The notes below the pieces were generated by a model that was given only the letters and a program-made list of their open reading frames with translations, did no database searches and was not told the origin of the DNA. DNA of 64,000 bases from an uncultured Acidobacteriota bacterium (GTDB lineage Bacteria > Acidobacteriota > Thermoanaerobaculia > Multivoradales > UBA5704), in contig CAVYRF010000002.1 of assembly GCA_963770895.1 (NCBI GenBank), positions 2,720,001-2,784,000 on the forward strand, written 5' to 3'. Of the stretch, positions 37,852 to 47,761 are shown one piece after another. Position 1 is the first letter of the stretch, and every line of letters begins with the position of its first letter. Both the position numbers and the translations under genes were made by a program.

Positions 37852-39897
37852 GTGGTGAGGGCTCGCCTGTTGCACGCGGCGGCGGCGACCGACCCGGGCC
37901 GCGAACGCAGCAACAACGAAGATCGGGTGCTGTGTGAGCCCGAGCTGGGCATTTTCGGCGTCATCGACGGCGTCGGCGGCGAATCGGCCGGCGAAGTCGC
38001 CGCCGAGACGGCGCTGGAGGTGCTGCGCGCCCGCCTGTCGCGCCGCACCACCGACTCCGGGCGGCTGGTGCGCGAAGCGATCGCGCTCGCCAACCGCCAG
38101 ATCTACGAGCGCGCCCAGGCGGACTCGCGGCTGGCCGGCATGTCGTGCGTGCTCACCGTGGCGGTGCTCGACCGCGGCAACGCCACCGTCGGCCACGTCG
38201 GCGACAGCCGGCTGTACGCGCTGGGCGCGGGCCAGATCCGCAAGGTGACGCCCGATCATTCGCCGGTGGGAGCGCGCGAAGACGCCGGCGACCTGTCCGA
38301 GATCGAAGCCATGCGTCACCCGCGGCGCAACGAGATCTTCCGCGACGTCGGCTCGGCGCCGCACGAACCCGACGACCCATCCTGGATCGACGTGCTGGAG
38401 GTGCCGTTCGCCGCCGACGGCGCGTTGCTGCTGTGCAGCGACGGCCTGTCGGACATGATCCCGGCGCGCGAGATCCTGGAGGTGGTCGAAGCCAACGCCG
38501 CGACGCCGCGCGCCGCGGTGCGCGTCCTGATCGATCGCGCCAACGCCGCCGGCGGCAAGGACAACGTGTCGGCGGTCCTGGTGACCGGCGAGCGCTTCGC
38601 CGAAGCGGTGCGCCGCCGGCCGGCCGGAGCGGCGGCGGGCGTCGCCGAAGCGGGCGCCGGCGGGCAGCTGGAGCCGGTGGGGCCGCTGCCTCCCGCCAGG
38701 CGCCTGGCGTCGCGCTCCGGGGGGCTGGCTGCCGCCGCTGCCGTGGCTGCCGGCGAGGGAGCGACGGGGGCGCGCGGACCCTCGCGCCGCGCCGCCGGGG
38801 CGCCGGCGGCGCCGGCGGCCGGCCGCCGGGGCCTGGCACCGGTCCTTGGCCCTGCCGGGGCCGGCCCTGGCGTCGAGGGGCGCGGTGCGGCGCGGCCGGG
38901 TGGCGGCGTCGCCGGCGCGGCATGGGCGGCCCCTGCTTCGCCGGGCGAGCGGCTGCGGGAGTGGCTGTCGCGCTGGCCCGGCCGGTTGTCGGTGGCGGCG
39001 TTGTTGGTGGCGGCGGCGCTGGCTGTCCTCTTCTACTTCGGCTACGGCGCCGCGCTCGGGCGCTGGGTGAAAGGGCTGAGCGGCGCCGGCAGCGGGGGTG
39101 TTGCCGGTGCCGGCGGCGCGGGCGTTTCCGGCTTCGCCGGCGGCGCCACGGAGCCGGCGCTGCGGGTGGGGGCGGGCGACGGCGGCCTGGCGACGATCGG
39201 CGAGGCGCTGGCGCGGGCGCGCCCCGGCCAGACGATCGAAGTGGCGCCGGGGGAGTACCACGAGCGCATCGTCCTGCGTGACAGCATCGCCGTGGTCTGC
39301 CAGGTGCCGCGGCGGGCGGTGCTGCTGCCGCCCGCGGCCGGCTCAGCCGGCGGCGCCACGGCGGCGGCCGGCGAGCCGCTGGTCACGGCCGACGGCATCC
39401 AGGGCGCGATGCTGTACGGCTTCCTGGTGAAACCGGACGCGCGCGTCGCCGGCAGCGTCGGGGTGCGGCTGACCGCCTCCTACGTGATCCTGGACGGGAT
39501 CGAGGTCACCGGCGCCGCCGGTGCCGGCATCGAGATTCGCGGTGCCGGCCGCTCCACGGTGCGCTACTGCTACGTGCATCAAAACGAAGGTCCTGGCCTT
39601 GCCATCATGGGTGCGGCGGGGCCGCGCATCCTGGCCAACCTGATCTCCGGCAACGGTCTGCGCGCCGGCGCGCCGGCGCCCGGCGTCCTGGTCGAGGGGA
39701 CGGCAATGCCGCTGGTCGCCGACAACCGTATCGAAGGCAACGGCGGTCCCGGCGTCTTCCTGCCTTCGGCCGAGCGTCTGGACGAGCTCTGGCGCTGGAA
39801 CGCCTACGGCGGCCTGCCGCGCGACCAGGCGGTGCGCGCGGCGACGAGCGCCTCGCCGGCCACTCCCGCGGCGACGGCGGCGCGGAGGCGTCCGTGA
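37852..39897 (+). CDS. PP2C/PPM Ser/Thr phosphatase with TM and a periplasmic beta-helix domain
   Basis: RSNNED, IDGVGG, HVGDSRLY, LCSDGL, GGKDNVS; one TM; TIGEAL..APGEY and pectin-lyase-like repeats. Confidence 0.88.
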   Translation: MVRARLLHAAAATDPGRERSNNEDRVLCEPELGIFGVIDGVGGESAGEVAAETALEVLRARLSRRTTDSGRLVREAIALANRQIYERAQADSRLAGMSCVLTVAVLDRGNATVGHVGDSRLYALGAGQIRKVTPDHSPVGAREDAGDLSEIEAMRHPRRNEIFRDVGSAPHEPDDPSWIDVLEVPFAADGALLLCSDGLSDMIPAREILEVVEANAATPRAAVRVLIDRANAAGGKDNVSAVLVTGERFAEAVRRRPAGAAAGVAEAGAGGQLEPVGPLPPARRLASRSGGLAAAAAVAAGEGATGARGPSRRAAGAPAAPAAGRRGLAPVLGPAGAGPGVEGRGAARPGGGVAGAAWAAPASPGERLREWLSRWPGRLSVAALLVAAALAVLFYFGYGAALGRWVKGLSGAGSGGVAGAGGAGVSGFAGGATEPALRVGAGDGGLATIGEALARARPGQTIEVAPGEYHERIVLRDSIAVVCQVPRRAVLLPPAAGSAGGATAAAGEPLVTADGIQGAMLYGFLVKPDARVAGSVGVRLTASYVILDGIEVTGAAGAGIEIRGAGRSTVRYCYVHQNEGPGLAIMGAAGPRILANLISGNGLRAGAPAPGVLVEGTAMPLVADNRIEGNGGPGVFLPSAERLDELWRWNAYGGLPRDQAVRAATSASPATPAATAARRRP

Positions 39898-42239
39898 TCC
39901 CGCTGGCCGGCAATCCGAACCAGTCGGTCGGGCGGTTCGCGATCAAGGACTTCCTGGGCCGCGGCGCCATCGGCGACGTGCTGCTCGCCTGGGACCCGGT
40001 GCACGAGCGGGACGTCGCCCTCAAGGTGATGCGGGTCGGCAAGACCGACCCCGACATGCTGGAGGCGGAGCGCAACGGCGTGTCGCTGCAGGCGCAGCTG
40101 GCCACCGCCGCGCCGCAGGTGGCGGCGGTCTACGAGACGGGGCAGGAGGGCGATCTCTATTGGGTCGCCATGGAATACATCGCCGGCGTCGACCTGGCGG
40201 CGGTGATGGCCGGCGGACCGCTGGCCGAAGCGCGCGCCGTCGCCATCGCCCTGGAGCTGGTGTCGATGCTGGAGGTCTGCCACGACTTTTCGGCCGAAGT
40301 GTCGGGCCGCCGCATCTACGGCATCGTGCACGGCGACATCAAGCCGGAAAACATCCGCCTGCAGGAGGCGGACCGGGTGCGGGTGCTCGACTTCGGCATC
40401 GCCAAGCACCTCACGCAGACCCGCCGCTTCACCGTCAACCTGTTCGGCAGCCTCCCCTACACCCCGCCCGAGCGCCTGGAGCGCGGGGTGGTGGACCGCC
40501 ACTCCGACCTGTGGGCGGTGGGCGTCGTCCTGGCGGCGATGGTCCTGGGGCGCCGCCCTTTCCCCGGCAACACCCCCGAGGAGCTGGAACAGGTCCTGCG
40601 CCGCGGCGGCCGCCGCCTGCCGCTGCCGGCGACCTGCTCGCCGGGGCTGGCCCACGTCGTCGACCGTTCGCTCTCCTTCGAGGTCGGCCGCCGCTACCAG
40701 ACCGCTGCAGAAATGAAGGCCGATCTGGCCGCGTTGCGCGACGGCCGGCCGGTGGCGGCGCCGGCCGCGGCGGCGCCCGATGCCGCCGGCGCCGGCGGCG
40801 ACGTCCACGCCACGCGGCGCACCGCCCGGCCGCTCTCCGCGCAGGAGGTTGCGGCCGCCGAGGCCACGCGCCGCACCGAGCGCCCCACAGGGACGCCGGC
40901 CGGCGGCGCCGCCGGCGGTGACACCCGCCGTACCGGCGCCGCCGCTGCCGCGGCAGCGGTGGGTGGCGCCGCCGCGGCGGCGGGGGTCGGCGTGGTTGCC
41001 GCGGCCGGCTTGGGCGCCGGTGGGGGTATGGCTGCGGGAATGCTTGCGGGCGGTGGTGCGGGAGCGGGGGTCGCTGGCGGCGGCGCCGGCACTGCCGCCG
41101 GCGGGCCGGCGTCGTGGCCGACGGCGCCGCTGGCGGTGGTCCCCAGGCCGCCGGGCGGGGTCGCGGCCGATTCGCCGGCCGCGGCGCTGCCGCTGGCAGC
41201 GGCCCCGGCTGCCGCGGCGGCGGCACCGGCATCGCCGCTGGCGGCGTCCGCGGCGTCCGCTGTGCCGGCGGTGCCGGCGGGGTTGCCGCGCCCGCGGCAT
41301 CGCCTGCGCCGGGTTCTGCTGGTCCTTGCCGTCGCGGCGCTGCTTGCCTTTGGCGGTGCCCAGCTGTGGGCCTGGAACCAGGCGCAGCAGCTGCGCCGCG
41401 ACCTGGCCGACGCCCAGCCCGACCTGGACGCGGTGGCCGCCCGCTACCAGCAGGTGGTGCCGTGGTGCTGGGTCTCCGCGGACCTGTTCGGCGTGGGGGA
41501 CGAACTGGTGCGGTCGCTGACCGGCGGCGCCAGCCGCATCTTCGACAGCTACCACGGCGACGACCCCACGACCACCCAGCGAGGGTGGCAGACCGCCTAC
41601 CGCCTGCTGCACACCGCGGCGCAGATCGCCCCGCGCGATCGCGCCATCCGCGCGCGGATGCTGTACGCGCACGGCCACCTGGATCGCATCCAGTCGATCG
41701 CGCTACGCACCCAGGGCAACCGCAACCAGGCCCTCGACACCAGCCGCCAGGCCGCTGCCGAGTTCCAGGAGGCGGCGCAGGCGGACCCCACCTGGCCAGA
41801 CCCTTTCCTCGGTCTTGCTCGTATCTATGCCTATGACCAATTCGATCTCGACGCCTTGCAGAAGACGCTGGGCGAGCTGGGTCGCCGCGGCTATCGCGTC
41901 GGCCGGCGCGAAACCGCGATGCTCGCCGACGGCTTTCGCATGCGCGGCCTGGGGGCCGAAGCGCGCGCCGACCGCGCCGGCGGTCGCGACGCCGAAGCGC
42001 AGCTGCTCAAGCAGGCGCAGGACGATCTGCAACAGGCCGTGCGCTTCTACGGCGACATCAGCGGCTACGCTGCCGCCGCCAGCAACCGCCAGGACTGCGA
42101 AGAGCATCTCGAAGCGGTCGCGGCGCGCCTGGCGGCCATGCGGCCGCCGCGGCCGCCCGGCGTCGGCGGCTTCTGGGAGCGGGTGGGCCGCGCCCTGGTG
42201 CACGAATTCGCCAAGCCGGGCGGCGGTGGCGGCGGCTGA
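39894..42239 (+). CDS. Hanks-type Ser/Thr kinase with TM and a helical/TPR-like C-terminal domain
   Basis: GRGAIG, VALK, HGDIKPEN, DFG, YTPPE, SDLWAVG; TM VLLVLAVAALLAFGG. Confidence 0.9.
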   Translation: MIPLAGNPNQSVGRFAIKDFLGRGAIGDVLLAWDPVHERDVALKVMRVGKTDPDMLEAERNGVSLQAQLATAAPQVAAVYETGQEGDLYWVAMEYIAGVDLAAVMAGGPLAEARAVAIALELVSMLEVCHDFSAEVSGRRIYGIVHGDIKPENIRLQEADRVRVLDFGIAKHLTQTRRFTVNLFGSLPYTPPERLERGVVDRHSDLWAVGVVLAAMVLGRRPFPGNTPEELEQVLRRGGRRLPLPATCSPGLAHVVDRSLSFEVGRRYQTAAEMKADLAALRDGRPVAAPAAAAPDAAGAGGDVHATRRTARPLSAQEVAAAEATRRTERPTGTPAGGAAGGDTRRTGAAAAAAAVGGAAAAAGVGVVAAAGLGAGGGMAAGMLAGGGAGAGVAGGGAGTAAGGPASWPTAPLAVVPRPPGGVAADSPAAALPLAAAPAAAAAAPASPLAASAASAVPAVPAGLPRPRHRLRRVLLVLAVAALLAFGGAQLWAWNQAQQLRRDLADAQPDLDAVAARYQQVVPWCWVSADLFGVGDELVRSLTGGASRIFDSYHGDDPTTTQRGWQTAYRLLHTAAQIAPRDRAIRARMLYAHGHLDRIQSIALRTQGNRNQALDTSRQAAAEFQEAAQADPTWPDPFLGLARIYAYDQFDLDALQKTLGELGRRGYRVGRRETAMLADGFRMRGLGAEARADRAGGRDAEAQLLKQAQDDLQQAVRFYGDISGYAAAASNRQDCEEHLEAVAARLAAMRPPRPPGVGGFWERVGRALVHEFAKPGGGGGG

Positions 42240-42252
42240 CCGGGCGGGCCAC

Positions 42253-42418
42253 TAATGTCCTGTACCAGCAAGATCCGCAGTGTCTGGCTTGCCCTCGACG
42301 GCTGGGGCTGCGTTGCGCCTCCTCGACATAGTTTCGACTATGCCTGCGTCGGCGACGCCTTGCCCCCGCCGCCGATTGCGGCGCCATCCACTGCGGATCT
42401 CACTGGTACAGGCCATTA
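42253..42418. mobile_element. MITE-like palindromic element, copy 2
   Basis: taatgtcctgtaccagcaagatccgcagtg ... cactgcggatctcactggtacaggccatta; homologous to 24476-24637. Confidence 0.8.
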
Positions 42419-42422
42419 AGCC

Positions 42423-45400
42423 ATGGGCGTCACCATCAGCCGCGCGGCGGAGCGCGGGCAGCGGCCGGCTGGCGGCGGCGGTGGCCGGCTCGGCCTCGAT
42501 GTGCCGCCGCGGCGCGGCCGCGAGGCGGCGCTGCTGGCGCTCGCGGCGGCAGCGGCGGTGGTGGCGATCGTGCTCACCTGGCTCGCCGTGTCGCGGCCGC
42601 TCGCCGACCAGAAGGCCCGCCTGGCCGGCGGCACCCTGATCAACCTCAACGACATGCCGGCGACGGGCGGCGGCATCCTGCCGCTGCTCTCTTTCGTGCC
42701 GAGCCCGCAGGAGCGATCCTTCATCGCCGATCGCATCCGCGGCCGGCTGGCGGCGGCATCGATCGGCAACGTCGGCGAGCTGGGGCGGGTGATGGTGCCG
42801 GCGGCCGAAGTGGACGCCCGCCGTATGCCCGGTCTGGCCGCCCGCCTGGCCGCCTCGGGGCGCGATCGGGTGGCGCTGCTGTCGACGGCAGAGGTGCGGC
42901 AGCTCAAGCCGCTGGTCGTGGTGCGCACGCCGGCCGAGTACCGCACGTCCTTTATCGTCGGCGCGGTGCTGCTGCTTGCCGGGTTCGCCGCCGCCCACGC
43001 CGTGCTGCGTTTCAAGCGCTTTGGCGGCGACCAGCTGCTGCTGCCGGCGCTGCTGCTGTTCTGCGGTCTGGGCTTCGCCGTCATGGCCAGCCTGCGCGAT
43101 CCGCTGCGCGACCTGCCGCTGCACCTGCGCTTCGCGCAGGGGGTGTTCGCCGGGTGCGGCTGCTTCCTGTTGGGCGCCCTGGTCGACCTGGAGCGCTCCA
43201 TCCTGCCGCGGCGCGGGATCTGGGCGTTGAGCGCCGCGGCGCTGCTGTCGGCGCTGCTGATCGTCTTCGGCGTCGGGCCGGGGGTGAGCGACGCCAAGGT
43301 CAACTTTCTGGGCTTTCAGCCGGTCGAGCTGATCAAGCTGCTGATCGCGATCTTCCTGGCCGGCTACTTTGCCGATCGCTGGGAGCTGCTGCGCGAGGTG
43401 CCCGAGCGCCGGGTGCCGCTCGGGCCGATCCGCCGGATCTTCCCGCTGCCGCGGCTCGAATACGTGCTGCCGCCGCTGGTGGCGATCGGCCTCATCCTGT
43501 TCTTCTTCTTCCTGCAGAAGGACCTGGGGCCGGCGCTGGTCCTGGCCTGCCTGTTCCTGATCCTGTTTTCGGTGGCGCGCGGGCGCCCCGGCATGGCGAT
43601 TTTCGGGCTGGTCCTGGTCGCCGGCGCCTTCTACGTCGGCTACAAGCTGGGCTATCCGCGCACCGTGGGGCAGCGCATCGGCATGTGGCTGGCGCCGTGG
43701 GACACCTGGTTTCGCGGCGGCGACCACCTGGCGCAGGCCATCTGGTCGATGGCGGCGGGGGGAGCGACCGGCACCGGTCTGGGGCTCGGCGAGCCGGGCC
43801 TGGTGCCCGAGGCGCATACCGACATGGTGCTGTCGGCGATCGGCGAGGAGCTGGGCTTTGCCGGCCTGGCCCTGGTCGGCGTCCTCTACGCGGTCCTGGT
43901 GCAGCGCGGCCTGCGCGCCGCGCGCCAGGCGGCCACCGCCTGCGGCTTCTTTCTGGCCTTGGGCCTGACCTTGCTGCTGGCGCTGGAAACCGCGCTGATC
44001 GCCGGCGGCGTCCTGGGGCTGCTGCCGCTCTCCGGGGTCACCTCGCCGTTCCTGTCGTCGGGCCGGTCGGCGATGCTGGCCAACTTCCTGATGGCCGGGC
44101 TGCTCGCCGGGATCTCGTCGCGCGCCGCGCGGCCCGACGCGGCGCGGCCTTTCGCGGGCGGCGTGCGCTGGATCGCCGCCGGCCTTGGCCTGTTCGCCGC
44201 CGTCGCCGTGGTGCGCCTGGCCGACCTGCAGCTGCTGCGCTCCGACAGCTACCTGACGCGCGGCGCCGTGGTGCTGCAGGGCGACAACGTGCGCCGGTTT
44301 GTCTTCAACCCGCGCCTGGCGGCGATCGCCGCCACCATTCCGCGCGGCTCGATCGTCGACCGCTCCGGCGTGCCGCTGGCGACCAGCGACCCGGCCGAGA
44401 TCGCCAGCCATCGCCAGCAGCTGGCGCAGCTGGGAGCGACCGACCTGGGCGACGCGGCAACCGCGGCGCCGGCGCCGGCAGCGGCGACGGCGGCGATCCC
44501 GGCGACGCCGGCGACGCCGGGAGCCCCGGCGATCGCAGCGGTGGGGGCCGCCGGCGTCGAGCCGCACGCGCGCATCTACCCCTTCGGCGGGCGCACCTTC
44601 CACCTCCTGGGCGACGTGCGCAATCGGGTGAACTGGCGCGCCCGCAACAACTCCTTCGTCGAGCGCGACGCCCGCGTCCGCCTGCAGGGCTACGACGATT
44701 ACGCCGGCGTGGTGCCGGTTCGCCAGACCAACGGCAGCGAATCGCCGCAGGTGATCGTCGACTATCGCGAGCTGGTGCCGCTGCTGCGCCACCGCTACCA
44801 GCCGGACGATCCGCGGGTCAAGGCGATTCTGCAGCGCGACAGGACGGTGCGCCTGGCGATCGACGTGCGGCTCCAGCTGGCTGCCGAAGACGTGCTGCAG
44901 AAGGCGGCGGCACAGGCCGGTTTCGGCGCCGCCGCGGTGGTGCTCGACGCCGCCACCGGCGACCTGCTGGCGGCCGCGTCGGTCCCCTTCCCGGCGCACC
45001 TGCCGGCCGATCTGGGCGGCGACGCGAGCGGCGCGCTGCTCGACCGCGCCCGCTACGGCATCTACCCGCCGGGATCGACGTTCAAGATCGTCACCGCCCT
45101 GGCGGCGCTGCGCAAGGATCCGGCGCTCGCCACCCGCACCTTCGAATGCAAGCGGCTGCCGGACGGCCGCGTCGGCAACCGGGTGGAAGGGCGGCTGGTG
45201 CGCGACGACCCCACGGCGACGGTGCCGCACGGCACCGTCGACCTGGACCGCGGCATCCGCCACTCCTGCAACGCCTACTTCGCGCAGCTCGCGGTGTCCG
45301 GCGTGGGGGCGGCGCCGCTGCTCGCCACCGCCCAGCTGTTCGGCATCCCGATGGCGCGCCCGAACACCGCCGCCATGCTCGCCAAGGCCCTGCCGCAGGC

Positions 45401-45869
45401 GGCCTACGGTCAGGGCCAGGTGATCGCCACGCCCTTCCAAATGGCGCGCGTCGCGGCGGCCATCGCCGCCCAGGGGCAGATGCCCGAAGGGCACTGGCTG
45501 CTGGGCGCCGACAACCCGCGTTCAGGAGCGCCGGCGCAGGTGGCCGATTCCGCGGCGGCGACGATCGTCGCGCGGGCGATGCGCGGGGTGGTCACCGAAG
45601 GCACCGCGGCGGCGTTTCTGTCCGGCGTCCAGCCGCCCATCGCCGGCAAGACCGGCACCGCCGAGGTGCAGGACAAGAAATCGCACTCCTGGTTCATCGG
45701 CTTCGCTCCCTACGGCGACAACGCGCGCCGCCGCCTCGCCTTCGCGGTCATCGTCGAGCACGGCGGCTATGGCGGCAGGCTGGCGGCACCGGCGGCGGGG
45801 GAGATCGTGCGCCGCGCGGCGGCGATGGGCCTGTTCGACCAGGACGTGCCAAGGAGGACCGCCGAATGA
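42423..45869 (+). CDS. SEDS (FtsW/RodA) glycosyltransferase fused to a class B PBP transpeptidase
   Basis: SEDS motifs QPVELIK, QKDLG, PEAHTD, LPLSGVTSPFLSSG; PBP motifs PRGSIVDR, SxxK (STFK), SxN (SCN), KTG. Confidence 0.92.
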   Translation: MGVTISRAAERGQRPAGGGGGRLGLDVPPRRGREAALLALAAAAAVVAIVLTWLAVSRPLADQKARLAGGTLINLNDMPATGGGILPLLSFVPSPQERSFIADRIRGRLAAASIGNVGELGRVMVPAAEVDARRMPGLAARLAASGRDRVALLSTAEVRQLKPLVVVRTPAEYRTSFIVGAVLLLAGFAAAHAVLRFKRFGGDQLLLPALLLFCGLGFAVMASLRDPLRDLPLHLRFAQGVFAGCGCFLLGALVDLERSILPRRGIWALSAAALLSALLIVFGVGPGVSDAKVNFLGFQPVELIKLLIAIFLAGYFADRWELLREVPERRVPLGPIRRIFPLPRLEYVLPPLVAIGLILFFFFLQKDLGPALVLACLFLILFSVARGRPGMAIFGLVLVAGAFYVGYKLGYPRTVGQRIGMWLAPWDTWFRGGDHLAQAIWSMAAGGATGTGLGLGEPGLVPEAHTDMVLSAIGEELGFAGLALVGVLYAVLVQRGLRAARQAATACGFFLALGLTLLLALETALIAGGVLGLLPLSGVTSPFLSSGRSAMLANFLMAGLLAGISSRAARPDAARPFAGGVRWIAAGLGLFAAVAVVRLADLQLLRSDSYLTRGAVVLQGDNVRRFVFNPRLAAIAATIPRGSIVDRSGVPLATSDPAEIASHRQQLAQLGATDLGDAATAAPAPAAATAAIPATPATPGAPAIAAVGAAGVEPHARIYPFGGRTFHLLGDVRNRVNWRARNNSFVERDARVRLQGYDDYAGVVPVRQTNGSESPQVIVDYRELVPLLRHRYQPDDPRVKAILQRDRTVRLAIDVRLQLAAEDVLQKAAAQAGFGAAAVVLDAATGDLLAAASVPFPAHLPADLGGDASGALLDRARYGIYPPGSTFKIVTALAALRKDPALATRTFECKRLPDGRVGNRVEGRLVRDDPTATVPHGTVDLDRGIRHSCNAYFAQLAVSGVGAAPLLATAQLFGIPMARPNTAAMLAKALPQAAYGQGQVIATPFQMARVAAAIAAQGQMPEGHWLLGADNPRSGAPAQVADSAAATIVARAMRGVVTEGTAAAFLSGVQPPIAGKTGTAEVQDKKSHSWFIGFAPYGDNARRRLAFAVIVEHGGYGGRLAAPAAGEIVRRAAAMGLFDQDVPRRTAE

Positions 45870-46900
45870 CCCTCGACCACATCCTCGACAAGCTCAAACA
45901 GTGGAAGCGCCCCTGGGCGGCCGGCAGCGAGCCGGTCGAGATCCATCGCGCGGTGCTCGAAGACATCGAAGCCCAGGTGGTGGCCGTGGGCGGCGGCCGG
46001 CGCATCTTCCCCTTCGATCGCGTCGAGGTGCGGCTGCTGGCGCCGGCTCCGGGCGAAAAAGAGCGCATGCAGGCGGTCGTACAGGAAGGCTGGGACCTCG
46101 AGCGCGAAGCGGTCGAGCGCCTGCGCGCGCAGTCGGTGCGGGTTCCCGCGGGCTTCGCCGTCAAGGTCGAGGTCACCGCCGACCCCGCCCCTGAGTTCGG
46201 CGGCCGGCGCTACGCCCTTGCCTTCCGCAGCACCGGCACGCGCGGCGAACCGGCGCCGGCACAAGATGCCCGCCCGCCGGCCGCCTCGCCGGCGCCGCCC
46301 GTGGCGACGGGTCCGGCACCGCAGGCGGCAGGGGGCGCGGTGCGCCAGGATGCGGTGGCTGCGGCACCCGAGGGCGATGTGGCGTATGCGACGGCGGTCA
46401 CCGAAGTGATGCCGGCGCCGGAGGCTGGCGGGGCGATGCTCGCCGCGACAGCGTCGCCCGCGGCGGCGGCACCTGCTCCGTCGCCCGCGCCGCGTGCCGC
46501 GCGCGGCGGTCCGCAGGCGCCGCCGGCGATCGGTCTGGCCGTGCTCAAGGGCAACGCGTCTCGCGACCGTTTCGACCTGCGGGCGGAGCGGATCTACCTG
46601 GGCCGCCTGGCGGAGGTCGTCGACGCCGCGGGCAGGGTCGTGCGCCGCAACGACGTCGCCTTTGCCGAGGAGGGCGACCTCAACCAGACCGTCTCGCGCG
46701 AGCACGCCCGCATCGCCTGGGACCCCGACAGCCGCGGCTACTGGTTGCGCGACGAAGGCAGCGCCGCCGGCACCCTCATCTTCCGCTCCGGCCGCTCGAT
46801 CGAAGTCAGCCGCCACGACCGCCGCGGCGTCCGCCTGCAGGACGGCGACGAGGTGTTCCTCGGCCGCGCCGTTCTGCGGGTGGACCTCCACGCTGGCTGA
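45866..46900 (+). CDS. Second FHA-domain protein
   Basis: ATG overlaps the upstream stop, with an AAGGAGG RBS. FHA motifs IYLGR, VSREHA, DEGSAAGT. Confidence 0.85.
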   Translation: MTLDHILDKLKQWKRPWAAGSEPVEIHRAVLEDIEAQVVAVGGGRRIFPFDRVEVRLLAPAPGEKERMQAVVQEGWDLEREAVERLRAQSVRVPAGFAVKVEVTADPAPEFGGRRYALAFRSTGTRGEPAPAQDARPPAASPAPPVATGPAPQAAGGAVRQDAVAAAPEGDVAYATAVTEVMPAPEAGGAMLAATASPAAAAPAPSPAPRAARGGPQAPPAIGLAVLKGNASRDRFDLRAERIYLGRLAEVVDAAGRVVRRNDVAFAEEGDLNQTVSREHARIAWDPDSRGYWLRDEGSAAGTLIFRSGRSIEVSRHDRRGVRLQDGDEVFLGRAVLRVDLHAG

Positions 46901-47070
46901 GATACCCCGGATGGGGTGGGCGGGCGGCCCAAAGCGCGTTACACTGCGGTAGCACGTCCGGGCATAACCCCTATTCAAGGGGCTTGCTGGGTGCCGCGAA
47001 CGCTGGAACGGCAGCGCTCGCGCGTCATCCTGCATGACTGGGTCCCGGCGTCACATGGGGGCAGGACCAG

Positions 47071-47568
47071 ATGAGCATTCGCAGCTCAAACGGCAGCGGT
47101 TCGCAAAGTCGCAAACCGGCAAACCACCGCGCTCACCGTGCCTACACCTCGCGCGAAGCCGCCGAGGTGAGCGGTGTCCCATTCTTCACCGTCGACTACT
47201 GGGGGCGCATCAAGTTCGTCGTGCCCAGCGTGTCCAAGGGCTCCGGGCGCGGCAAGGGGCGCCAGCGGATGTACTCCTACGGCGACATCATCCGGCTGCG
47301 CATCGCCCGCGAGCTGCGCGACCAGAAGATCTCGCTCGAAACCCTGCGCAGTGTGATGCACAAGCTCACCGGCGTCACCGGCGATCTCGCCAAGGCGCCC
47401 TTCGTCCTGGTCGGCCGCAAGGTCGAAGTCGCCACCAGCGCCGCCCAGCTGGCGACCCTGCTGCGCCGCCCCGGCCAGCGCACCTTCGGCGTCGTCCTGG
47501 ACCTGCGCGCGGTGCTCAAGACCGTGCACCAGAACTCGCGCACCCTGGAAGCCGCGCGCCAGGACTGA
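47071..47568 (+). CDS. MerR-family HTH regulator
   Basis: YTSREAAEVSGV..TVDYW..RMYSYGDIIRLRIARELRDQKISLE. Confidence 0.85.
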   Translation: MSIRSSNGSGSQSRKPANHRAHRAYTSREAAEVSGVPFFTVDYWGRIKFVVPSVSKGSGRGKGRQRMYSYGDIIRLRIARELRDQKISLETLRSVMHKLTGVTGDLAKAPFVLVGRKVEVATSAAQLATLLRRPGQRTFGVVLDLRAVLKTVHQNSRTLEAARQD

Positions 47569-47761
47569 GCCCGCCCCGCCGTCGCCGCGTCCCTGGCGCG
47601 GCGGTCCCATGGACCTGCCGGAGTGCCGGCCGCAGATGCGGAGGCAGGAACCTCCTGCGCCCCTTGGCGCCGCCGGAGGCAGGCGCCGCGCGTTCGCTAT
47701 AAATCGGCGATTTCGCCTATACTTTTTTTGCGGGGCTTTTCTCATTCATAGGAGCGAAACG

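Noticed and set aside
43154-45865. N-terminal ~900 aa of ORF 43154..46900
   Set aside because: Alternate frame of the SEDS-PBP gene; the real FHA gene starts at 45866 with an RBS.
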